Source: Balanoglossus misakiensis (lineage: Eukaryota > Animalia > Hemichordata). From it: a stretch of DNA of 64,000 nt. Numbering within the stretch: position 1 is the stretch's first letter; every line of letters begins with the position of its first letter. A model generated the notes under the pieces. It was not told where the DNA came from. It ran no database searches and worked only from the letters and a program-made list of their open reading frames with translations. The position numbers and the translations under genes are program-made. The stretch covers positions 11,677,598 to 11,741,597 of the forward strand of contig CM082587.2 in NCBI GenBank assembly GCA_040954595.2, given 5' to 3'. Below are positions 52,301 through 64,000 of the stretch, piece after piece.

Positions 52301-55300
52301 TTGAAATGAACTCATCTGCTGTGGGCCAGTTTATTGGTGGCAGTTGAGCTGAGAAGAGCACCTTCCTTCCCGGCACGCCACCAAGTAAAGTTCCACGCCG
52401 CCCACCACAGATGCCAGCATTCATTCATGCGAGTGAGTGTAATTGCAAATTTGCCTATTCTAGAATCTTACGTGCCATTGGAGAGCTCCATTGACTGGTC
52501 ATTCATACTGTTTTCATTCATTCATTGCGGCATCAATATATTTTATCTATTCTAGCCAAAGAGCTTGGCACCTGTTGAAATGAACTCATCTGCTGTGGGC
52601 CAGTTTATTGGTGGCAGTTGAGCTGAGGAGAGCACCTTCCTTCCCGGGACGCCACCAAGTAAAGTTCCACGCCGCCCACCACAGATGCCAGCATTCATTC
52701 ATGCGAGTGAGTGTAATTGCAAATTTGCCTATTCTAGATTCTTACGTGCCATTGGAGAGCTCCATTGACTGGTCATTCATACTGTTTTCATTCATTCATT
52801 GCGGCATCAATATATTTTATCTATTCTAGCCAAAGAGCTTGGCACCTGTTGAAATGAACTCATCTGCTGTGGGCCAGTTTATTGGTGGCAGTTGAGCTGA
52901 GGAGAGCACCTTCCTTCCCGGCACGCCACCAAGTAAAGTTCCACGCCGCCCACCACAGATGCCAGCATTCATTCATGCGAGTGAGTGTAATTGCAAATTT
53001 GCCTATTCTAGATCTGTAATGGAAATGGAGAAAGTACCTTATATTTTCTGTAAAATAGACATTTAATTGGCAAGCCGTCCTGCATCAATTATGAATTGTG
53101 TACATGCACTAAAGCGCCCTCACTGCTGGGTGTGTTGTATGGTCTTTAACCCTGTTTCAAATTAGAGTACTTTCTGCAATTTCAAGACAGATCTTACGTG
53201 CCATTGGAGAGCTCCATTGACTGGTCATTCATACTGTTTTCATTCATTCATTGCGGCATCAATATATTTTATCTATTCTAGCCAAAGAGCTTGGCACCTG
53301 TTGAAATGAACTCATCTGCTGTGGGCCAGTTTATTGGTGGCAGTTGAGCTGAGGAGAGCACCTTCCTTCCCGGCACGCCACCAAGTAAAGTTCCACGCCG
53401 CCCACCACAGATGCCAGCATTCATTCATGCGAGTGAGTGTAATTGCAAATTTGCCTATTCTAGATCTGTAATGGAAATGGAGAAAGTACCTTATATTTTC
53501 TGTAAAATAGACATTTAATTGGCAAGCCGTCCTGCATCAATTATGAATTGTGTACATGCACTAAAGCGCCCTCACTGCTGGGTGTGTTGTATGGTCTTTA
53601 ACCCTGTTTCAAATTAGAGTACTTTCTGCAATTTCAAGACAGATCTTACGTGCCATTGGAGAGCTCCATTGACTGGTCATTCATACTGTTTTCATTCATT
53701 CATTGCGGCATCAATATATTTTATGTATTCTAGCCAAAGAGCTTGGCACCTGTTGAAATGAACTCATCTGCTGTGGGCCAGTTTATTGGTGGCAGTTGAG
53801 CTGAGGAGAGCACCTTCCTTCCCGGCACGCCACCAAGTAAAGTTCCACGCCGCCCACCACAGATGCCAGCATTCATTCATGCGAGTGAGTGTAATTGCAA
53901 ATTTGCCTATTCTAGATCTGTAATGGAAATGGAGAAAGTACCTTATATTTTCTGTAAAATAGACATTTAATTGGCAAGCCGTCCTGCATCAATTATTAAT
54001 TGTGTACATGCACTAAAGCGCCCTCACTGCTGGGTGTGTTGTATGGTCTTTAACCCTGTTTCAAATTAGAGTACTTTCTGCAATTTCAAGACAGATCTTA
54101 CGTGCCATTGGAGAGCTCCATTGACTGGTCATTCATACTGTTTTCATTCATTCATTGCGGCATCAATATATTTTATCTATTCTAGCCAAAGAGCTTGGCA
54201 CCTGTTGAAATGAACTCATCTGCTGTGGGCCAGTTTATTGGTGGCAGTTGAGTTGAGGAGAGCACCTTCCTTCCCGGCACGCCACCAAGTAAAGTTCCAC
54301 GCCGCCCACCACAGATGCCAGCATTCATTCATGCGAGTGAGTGTAATTGCAAATTTGCCTATTCTAGAATTCTTACGTGCCATTGGAGAGCTCCATTGAC
54401 TGGTCATTCATACTGTTTTCATTCATTCATTGCGGCATCAATATATTTTATGTATTCTAGCCAAAGAGCTTGGCACCTGTTGAAATGAACTCATCTGCTG
54501 TGGGCCAGTTTATTGGTGGCAGTTGAGCTGAGGAGAGCACCTTCCTTCCCGGCACGCCACCAAGTAAAGTTCCACGCCGCCCACCACAGATGCCAGCATT
54601 CATTCATGCGAGTGAGTGTAATTGCAAATTTGCCTATTCTAGATCTGTAATGGAAATGGAGAAAGTACCTTATATTTTCTGTAAAATAGACATTTAATTG
54701 GCAAGCCGTCCTGCATCAATTATGAATTGTGTACATGCACTAAAGCGCCCTCACTGCTGGGTGTGTTGTATGGTCTTTAACCCTGTTTCAAATTAGAGTA
54801 CTTTCTGCAATTTCAAGACAGATCTTACGTGCCATTGGAGAGCTCCATTGACTGGTCATTCATACTGTTTTCATTCATTCATTGTGGCATCAATATATTT
54901 TATCTATTCTAGCCAAAGAGCTTGGCACCTGTTGAAATGAACTCATCTGCTGTGGGCCAGTTTATTGGTGGCAGTTGAGCTGAGGAGAGCACCTTCCTTC
55001 CCGGCACGCCACCAAGTAAAGTTCCACGCCGCCCACCACAGATGCCAGCATTCATTCATGCGAGTGAGTGTAATTGCAAATTTGCCTATTCTAGATCTGT
55101 AATGGAAATGGAGAAAGTACCTTATATTTTCTGTAAAATAGACATTTAATTGGCAAGCCGTCCTGCATCAATTATTAATTGTGTACATGCACTAAAGCGC
55201 CCTCACTGCTGGGTGTGTTGTATGGTCTTTAACCCTGTTTCAAATTAGAGTACTTTCTGCAATTTCAAGACAGATCTTACGTGCCATTGGAGAGCTCCAT

Positions 55301-58300
55301 TGACTGGTCATTCATACTGTTTTCATTCATTCATTGCGGCATCAATATATTTTATCTATTCTAGCCAAAGAGCTTGGCACCTGTTGAAATGAACTCATCT
55401 GCTGTGGGCCAGTTTATTGGTGGCAGTTGAGCTGAGAAGAGCACCTTCCTTCCCGGCACGCCACCAAGTAAAGTTCCACGCCGCCCACCACAGATGCCAG
55501 CATTCATTCATGCGAGTGAGTGTAATTGCAAATTTGCCTATTCTAGATCTGTAATGGAAATGGAGAAAGTACCTTATATTTTCTGTAAAATAGACATTTA
55601 ATTGGCAAGCCGTCCTGCATCAATTATGAATTGTGTACATGCACTAAAGCGCCCTCACTGCTGGGTGTGTTGTATGGTCTTTAACCCTGTTTCAAATTAG
55701 AGTACTTTCTGCAATTTCAAGACAGATCTTACGTGCCATTGGAGAGCTCCATTGACTGGTCATTCATACTGTTTTCATTCATTCATTGCGGCATCAATAT
55801 ATTTTATCTATTCTAGCCAAAGAGCTTGGCACCTGTTGAAATGAACTCATCTGCTGTGGGCCAGTTTATTGGTGGCAGTTGAGCTGAGGAGAGCACCTTC
55901 CTTCCCGGCACGCCACCAAGTAAAGTTCCACGCCGCCCACCACAGATGCCAGCATTCATTCATGCGAGTGAGTGTAATTGCAAATTTGCCTATTCTAGAT
56001 CTGTAATGGAAATGGAGAAAGTACCTTATATTTTCTGTAAAATAGACATTTAATTGGCAAGCCGTCCTGCATCAATTATGAATTGTGTACATGCACTAAA
56101 GCGCCCTCACTGCTGGGTGTGTTGTATGGTCTTTAACCCTGTTTCAAATTAGAGTACTTTCTGCAATTTCAAGACAGATCTTACGTGCCATTGGAGAGCT
56201 CCATTGACTGGTCATTCATACTGTTTTCATTCATTCATTGCGGCATCAATATATTTTATCTATTCTAGCCAAAGAGCTTGGCACCTGTTGAAATGAACTC
56301 ATCTGCTGTGGGCCAGTTTATTGGTGGCAGTTGAGCTGAGGAGAGCACCTTCCTTCCCGGCACGCCACCAAGTAAAGTTCCACGCCGCCCACCACAGATG
56401 CCAGCATTCATTCATGCGAGTGAGTGTAATTGCAAATTTGCCTATTCTAGATCTGTAATGGAAATGGAGAAAGTACCTTATATTTTCTGTAAAATAGACA
56501 TTTAATTGGCAAGCCGTCCTGCATCAATTATGAATTGTGTACATGCACTAAAGCGCCCTCACTGCTGGGTGTGTTGTATGGTCTTTAACCCTGTTTCAAA
56601 TTAGAGTACTTTCTGCAATTTCAAGACAGATCTTACGTGCCATTGGAGAGCTCCATTGACTGGTCATTCATACTGTTTTCATTCATTCATTGCGGCATCA
56701 ATATATTTTATGTATTCTAGCCAAAGAGCTTGGCACCTGTTGAAATGAACTCATCTGCTGTGGGCCAGTTTATTGGTGGCAGTTGAGCTGAGGAGAGCAC
56801 CTTCCTTCCCGGCACGCCACCAAGTAAAGTTCCACGCCGCCCACCACAGATGCCAGCATTCATTCATGCGAGTGAGTGTAATTGCAAATTTGCCTATTCT
56901 AGATCTGTAATGGAAATGGAGAAAGTACCTTATATTTTCTGTAAAATAGACATTTAATTGGCAAGCCGTCCTGCATCAATTATTAATTGTGTACATGCAC
57001 TAAAGCGCCCTCACTGCTGGGTGTGTTGTATGGTCTTTAACCCTGTTTCAAATTAGAGTACTTTCTGCAATTTCAAGACAGATCTTACGTGCCATTGGAG
57101 AGCTCCATTGACTGGTCATTCATACTGTTTTCATTCATTCATTGCGGCATCAATATATTTTATCTATTCTAGCCAAAGAGCTTGGCACCTGTTGAAATGA
57201 ACTCATCTGCTGTGGGCCAGTTTATTGGTGGCAGTTGAGCTGAGGAGAGCACCTTCCTTCCCGGCACGCCACCAAGTAAAGTTCCACGCCGCCCACCACA
57301 GATGCCAGCATTCATTCATGCGAGTGAGTGTAATTGCAAATTTGCCTATTCTAGAATTACGTGCCATTGGAGAGCTCCATTGACTGGTCATTCATACTGT
57401 TTTCATTCATTCATTGCGGCATCAATATATTTTATCTATTCTAGCCAAAGAGCTTGGCACCTGTTGAAATGAACTCATCTGCTGTGGGCCAGTTTATTGG
57501 TGGCAGTTGAGCTGAGGAGAGCACCTTCCTTCCCGGCACGCCACCAAGTAAAGTTCCACGCCGCCCACCACAGATGCCAGCATTCATTCATGCGAGTGAG
57601 TGTAATTGCAAATTTGCCTATTCTAGATCTGTAATGGAAATGGAGAAAGTACCTTATATTTTCTGTAAAATAGACATTTAATTGGCAAGCCGTCCTGCAT
57701 CAATTATGAATTGTGTACATGCACTAAAGCGCCCTCACTGCTGGGTGTGTTGTATGGTCTTTAACCCTGTTTCAAATTAGAGTACTTTCTGCAATTTCAA
57801 GACAGATCTTACGTGCCATTGGAGAGCTCCATTGACTGGTCATTCATACTGTTTTCATTCATTCATTGCGGCATCAATATATTTTATCTATTCTAGCCAA
57901 AGAGCTTGGCACCTGTTGAAATGAACTCATCTGCTGTGGGCCAGTTTATTGGTGGCAGTTGAGCTGAGGAGAGCACCTTCCTTCCCGGCACGCCACCAAG
58001 TAAAGTTCCACGCCGCCCACCACAGATGCCAGCATTCATTCATGCGAGTGAGTGTAATTGCAAATTTGCCTATTCTAGAATCTTACGTGCCATTGGAGAG
58101 CTCCATTGACTGGTCATTCATACTGTTTTCATTCATTCATTGCGGCATCAATATATTTTATCTATTCTAGCCAAAGAGCTTGGCACCTGTTGAAATGAAC
58201 TCATCTGCTGTGGGCCAGTTTATTGGTGGCAGTTGAGCTGAGGAGAGCACCTTCCTTCCCGGCACGCCACCAAGTAAAGTTCCACGCCGCCCACCACAGA

Positions 58301-61300
58301 TGCCAGCATTCATTCATGCGAGTGAGTGTAATTGCAAATTTGCCTATTCTAGATCTGTAATGGAAATGGAGAAAGTACCTTATATTTTCTGTAAAATAGA
58401 CATTTAATTGGCAAGCCGTCCTGCATCAATTATTAATTGTGTACATGCACTAAAGCGCCCTCACTGCTGGGTGTGTTGTATGGTCTTTAACCCTGTTTCA
58501 AATTAGAGTACTTTCTGCAATTTCAAGACAGATCTTACGTGCCATTGGAGAGCTCCATTGACTGGTCATTCATACTGTTTTCATTCATTCATTGCGGCAT
58601 CAATATATTTTATCTATTCTAGCCAAAGAGCTTGGCACCTGTTGAAATGAACTCATCTGCTGTGGGCCAGTTTATTGGTGGCAGTTGAGCTGAGAAGAGC
58701 ACCTTCCTTCCCGGCACGCCACCAAGTAAAGTTCCACGCCGCCCACCACAGATGCCAGCATTCATTCATGCGAGTGAGTGTAATTGCAAATTTGCCTATT
58801 CTAGATCTGTAATGGAAATGGAGAAAGTACCTTATATTTTCTGTAAAATAGACATTTAATTGGCAAGCCGTCCTGCATCAATTATGAATTGTGTACATGC
58901 ACTAAAGCGCCCTCACTGCTGGGTGTGTTGTATGGTCTTTAACCCTGTTTCAAATTAGAGTACTTTCTGCAATTTCAAGACAGATCTTACGTGCCATTGG
59001 AGAGCTCCATTGACTGGTCATTCATACTGTTTTCATTCATTCATTGCGGCATCAATATATTTTATCTATTCTAGCCAAAGAGCTTGGCACCTGTTGAAAT
59101 GAACTCATCTGCTGTGGGCCAGTTTATTGGTGGCAGTTGAGCTGAGGAGAGCACCTTCCTTCCCGGCACGCCACCAAGTAAAGTTCCACGCCGCCCACCA
59201 CAGATGCCAGCATTCATTCATGCGAGTGAGTGTAATTGCAAATTTGCCTATTCTAGATCTGTAATGGAAATGGAGAAAGTACCTTATATTTTCTGTAAAA
59301 TAGACATTTAATTGGCAAGCCGTCCTGCATCAATTATGAATTGTGTACATGCACTAAAGCGCCCTCACTGCTGGGTGTGTTGTATGGTCTTTAACCCTGT
59401 TTCAAATTAGAGTACTTTCTGCAATTTCAAGACAGATCTTACGTGCCATTGGAGAGCTCCATTGACTGGTCATTCATACTGTTTTCATTCATTCATTGCG
59501 GCATCAATATATTTTATCTATTCTAGCCAAAGAGCTTGGCACCTGTTGAAATGAACTCATCTGCTGTGGGCCAGTTTATTGGTGGCAGTTGAGCTGAGGA
59601 GAGCACCTTCCTTCCCGGCACGCCACCAAGTAAAGTTCCACGCCGCCCACCACAGATGCCAGCATTCATTCATGCGAGTGAGTGTAATTGCAAATTTGCC
59701 TATTCTAGATCTGTAATGGAAATGGAGAAAGTACCTTATATTTTCTGTAAAATAGACATTTAATTGGCAAGCCGTCCTGCATCAATTATGAATTGTGTAC
59801 ATGCACTAAAGCGCCCTCACTGCTGGGTGTGTTGTATGGTCTTTAACCCTGTTTCAAATTAGAGTACTTTCTGCAATTTCAAGACAGATCTTACGTGCCA
59901 TTGGAGAGCTCCATTGACTGGTCATTCATACTGTTTTCATTCATTCATTGCGGCATCAATATATTTTATCTATTCTAGCCAAAGAGCTTGGCACCTGTTG
60001 AAATGAACTCATCTGCTGTGGGCCAGTTTATTGGTGGCAGTTGAGCTGAGAAGAGCACCTTCCTTCCCGGCACGCCACCAAGTAAAGTTCCACGCCGCCC
60101 ACCACAGATGCCAGCATTCATTCATGCGAGTGAGTGTAATTGCAAATTTGCCTATTCTAGAATCTTACGTGCCATTGGAGAGCTCCATTGACTGGTCATT
60201 CATACTGTTTTCATTCATTCATTGCGGCATCAATATATTTTATCTATTCTAGCCAAAGAGCTTGGCACCTGTTGAAATGAACTCATCTGCTGTGGGCCAG
60301 TTTATTGGTGGCAGTTGAGCTGAGGAGAGCACCTTCCTTCCCGGGACGCCACCAAGTAAAGTTCCACGCCGCCCACCACAGATGCCAGCATTCATTCATG
60401 CGAGTGAGTGTAATTGCAAATTTGCCTATTCTAGATTCTTACGTGCCATTGGAGAGCTCCATTGACTGGTCATTCATACTGTTTTCATTCATTCATTGCG
60501 GCATCAATATATTTTATCTATTCTAGCCAAAGAGCTTGGCACCTGTTGAAATGAACTCATCTGCTGTGGGCCAGTTTATTGGTGGCAGTTGAGCTGAGGA
60601 GAGCACCTTCCTTCCCGGCACGCCACCAAGTAAAGTTCCACGCCGCCCACCACAGATGCCAGCATTCATTCATGCGAGTGAGTGTAATTGCAAATTTGCC
60701 TATTCTAGATCTGTAATGGAAATGGAGAAAGTACCTTATATTTTCTGTAAAATAGACATTTAATTGGCAAGCCGTCCTGCATCAATTATTAATTGTGTAC
60801 ATGCACTAAAGCGCCCTCACTGCTGGGTGTGTTGTATGGTCTTTAACCCTGTTTCAAATTAGAGTACTTTCTGCAATTTCAAGACAGATCTTACGTGCCA
60901 TTGGAGAGCTCCATTGACTGGTCATTCATACTGTTTTCATTCATTCATTGCGGCATCAATATATTTTATCTATTCTAGCCAAAGAGCTTGGCACCTGTTG
61001 AAATGAACTCATCTGCTGTGGGCCAGTTTATTGGTGGCAGTTGAGCTGAGGAGAGCACCTTCCTTCCCGGCACGCCACCAAGTAAAGTTCCACGCCGCCC
61101 ACCACAGATGCCAGCATTCATTCATGCGAGTGAGTGTAATTGCAAATTTGCCTATTCTAGATCTGTAATGGAAATGGAGAAAGTACCTTATATTTTCTGT
61201 AAAATAGACATTTAATTGGCAAGCCGTCCTGCATCAATTATGAATTGTGTACATGCACTAAAGCGCCCTCACTGCTGGGTGTGTTGTATGGTCTTTAACC

Positions 61301-63174
61301 CTGTTTCAAATTAGAGTACTTTCTGCAATTTCAAGACAGATCTTACGTGCCATTGGAGAGCTCCATTGACTGGTCATTCATACTGTTTTCATTCATTCAT
61401 TGCGGCATCAATATATTTTATGTATTCTAGCCAAAGAGCTTGGCACCTGTTGAAATGAACTCATCTGCTGTGGGCCAGTTTATTGGTGGCAGTTGAGCTG
61501 AGGAGAGCACCTTCCTTCCCGGCACGCCACCAAGTAAAGTTCCACGCCGCCCACCACAGATGCCAGCATTCATTCATGCGAGTGAGTGTAATTGCAAATT
61601 TGCCTATTCTAGATCTGTAATGGAAATGGAGAAAGTACCTTATATTTTCTGTAAAATAGACATTTAATTGGCAAGCCGTCCTGCATCAATTATTAATTGT
61701 GTACATGCACTAAAGCGCCCTCACTGCTGGGTGTGTTGTATGGTCTTTAACCCTGTTTCAAATTAGAGTACTTTCTGCAATTTCAAGACAGATCTTACGT
61801 GCCATTGGAGAGCTCCATTGACTGGTCATTCATACTGTTTTCATTCATTCATTGCGGCATCAATATATTTTATCTATTCTAGCCAAAGAGCTTGGCACCT
61901 GTTGAAATGAACTCATCTGCTGTGGGCCAGTTTATTGGTGGCAGTTGAGCTGAGGAGAGCACCTTCCTTCCCGGCACGCCACCAAGTAAAGTTCCACGCC
62001 GCCCACCACAGATGCCAGCATTCATTCATGCGAGTGAGTGTAATTGCAAATTTGCCTATTCTAGAATTACGTGCCATTGGAGAGCTCCATTGACTGGTCA
62101 TTCATACTGTTTTCATTCATTCATTGCGGCATCAATATATTTTATCTATTCTAGCCAAAGAGCTTGGCACCTGTTGAAATGAACTCATCTGCTGTGGGCC
62201 AGTTTATTGGTGGCAGTTGAGCTGAGGAGAGCACCTTCCTTCCCGGCACGCCACCAAGTAAAGTTCCACGCCGCCCACCACAGATGCCAGCATTCATTCA
62301 TGCGAGTGAGTGTAATTGCAAATTTGCCTATTCTAGATCTGTAATGGAAATGGAGAAAGTACCTTATATTTTCTGTAAAATAGACATTTAATTGGCAAGC
62401 CGTCCTGCATCAATTATGAATTGTGTACATGCACTAAAGCGCCCTCACTGCTGGGTGTGTTGTATGGTCTTTAACCCTGTTTCAAATTAGAGTACTTTCT
62501 GCAATTTCAAGACAGATCTTACGTGCCATTGGAGAGCTCCATTGACTGGTCATTCATACTGTTTTCATTCATTCATTGCGGCATCAATATATTTTATCTA
62601 TTCTAGCCAAAGAGCTTGGCACCTGTTGAAATGAACTCATCTGCTGTGGGCCAGTTTATTGGTGGCAGTTGAGCTGAGGAGAGCACCTTCCTTCCCGGCA
62701 CGCCACCAAGTAAAGTTCCACGCCGCCCACCACAGATGCCAGCATTCATTCATGCGAGTGAGTGTAATTGCAAATTTGCCTATTCTAGATCTGTAATGGA
62801 AATGGAGAAAGTACCTTATATTTTCTGTAAAATAGACATTTAATTGGCAAGCCGTCCTGCATCAATTATGAATTGTGTACATGCACTAAAGCGCCCTCAC
62901 TGCTGGGTGTGTTGTATGGTCTTTAACCCTGTTTCAAATTAGAGTACTTTCTGCAATTTCAAGACAGATCTTACGTGCCATTGGAGAGCTCCATTGACTG
63001 GTCATTCATACTGTTTTCATTCATTCATTGCGGCATCAATATATTTTATCTATTCTAGCCAAAGAGCTTGGCACCTGTTGAAATGAACTCATCTGCTGTG
63101 GGCCAGTTTATTGGTGGCAGTTGAGCTGAGGAGAGCACCTTCCTTCCCGGCACGCCACCAAGTAAAGTTCCACG
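31301..63174 (+). repeat. Satellite array 2 (~31.9 kb, ~81 monomers including eight 272-bp, seventeen 274-bp and one 275-bp variant)
   Basis: The first ~14.5 kb repeats the variant order of array 1. It is followed by 6160-bp higher-order repeats (40014->46174->52334) and further blocks. Confidence 0.98.
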
Positions 63175-64000
63175 TGCATTCCTGGCCCTGGTTTTATTTA
63201 TGTTTACAGACAATATTGCATTTTTGTACAAGTATTTTAATCAACTATAAATTTTGAATGTGTCATTTACCTGAACCGGTCATGTTGACCAGAATGATAC
63301 ATTTCTGCCTTCACTCACCCTATAAATATGTGATTGAGACATAGGTCATTTGCATAAGCTAACATACCAGAAAGTAAGCATATCTGTTGTTTTCCCTGTG
63401 TCACTGCCATCAAAGTAAAAATTAGACGTTGTGTAGAGCAAACTCCAATTTTTTGTTCTCAATAAACATGGATGAATTACATAGAATGTGTTTGTTGTTT
63501 ACAGTCTTTAAATGACACATTAGATTATGCACTTTACAAAACGTTTCTGAGAAACAAGTGACTAACTAGTTTCTTTCCACTGTGGCCAACGTGGTTCACT
63601 GTTTGTGTCAGAATCTCTCTGTTTTGCAAGGATTTTGAAATCATAGTGGTGACATGCATAGTGAAAATCAGCTACTTTCAAATGTCCGTCATGTTCATGC
63701 TGTAATTGAATTTTCAAAGCTGGGCTGGCGTGTTTTTTCTTATTTACATAAGTATCACACTTTATACATGTATCTTCATGGGGTTTTTTGAGTCCCGTAT
63801 TTAGGTCCTCTCTCACAATTTTACGAAATATCGTATAACTGACAGTTGTTCTTCCCAGAAGAGATTGGTTGGTTATGAACTCTCGGTGTAACTGCGATAT
63901 ACTGTGGTCCGGCGCCAGGTACGGTTTAAATCGAGGATTCCTGCAGTAGTGAGATTCTACAATTCTGTGCCTGCGTACGTGTTCAGTGATATCAGTCAGC
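63175..64000. mobile_element. Gene cassette, copy 3 (left end, cut off by the window edge)
   Basis: Same junction aaagttccacg|tgcattcctgg; offset 62,653 from copy 1. Confidence 0.8.
63562..64000 (-). pseudogene. Transposase N-half duplicate fragment (copy 3, partial)
   Basis: Carries the GLKKPHED allele that marks the truncated duplicate in copies 1 and 2. Confidence 0.7.

Noticed and set aside
9392-62101. Recurrent 62/63/73-aa ORFs (MTSQWSS..., MVAVELRR...) in the satellite
   Set aside because: By-products of the short monomer junction alleles with no recognisable domain. Useful only as markers of variant type.
8669-63174. CRISPR-like repeat-spacer array
   Set aside because: Units are 272-452 bp with no unique spacers, there are no cas genes, and the context is eukaryotic with introns.

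Overview
Eukaryotic (intron-containing, probably animal) DNA. About 73% is a very homogeneous satellite made of a 452-bp monomer plus 272/274/274/275-bp short variants, arranged in higher-order repeats. An ~8.15-kb gene cassette interrupts it at 522-8668 and 23154-31300, and starts again at 63175, always joined at the same satellite base. The cassette encodes: (i) a Sola-type DDD transposase split into two divergently transcribed ORFs (N-terminal half on -, catalytic half on +); (ii) a 4-exon gene, missed by the ORF track, that fuses an RFX/D5-like winged helix to a SET8/PR-Set7-like SET domain; (iii) a His-Cys-box (His-Me finger) endonuclease. Its right arm holds a diverged copy of the satellite monomer and a LINE 3' remnant. 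All monomer length variants differ at one site (TAGAATTCTTA), which looks like repair scars at a recurrent cut. Overall this suggests a satellite-embedded, tandemly amplified mobile element carrying nuclease and chromatin-modifying cargo. Family assignments come from recognising motifs by eye, not from database searches.
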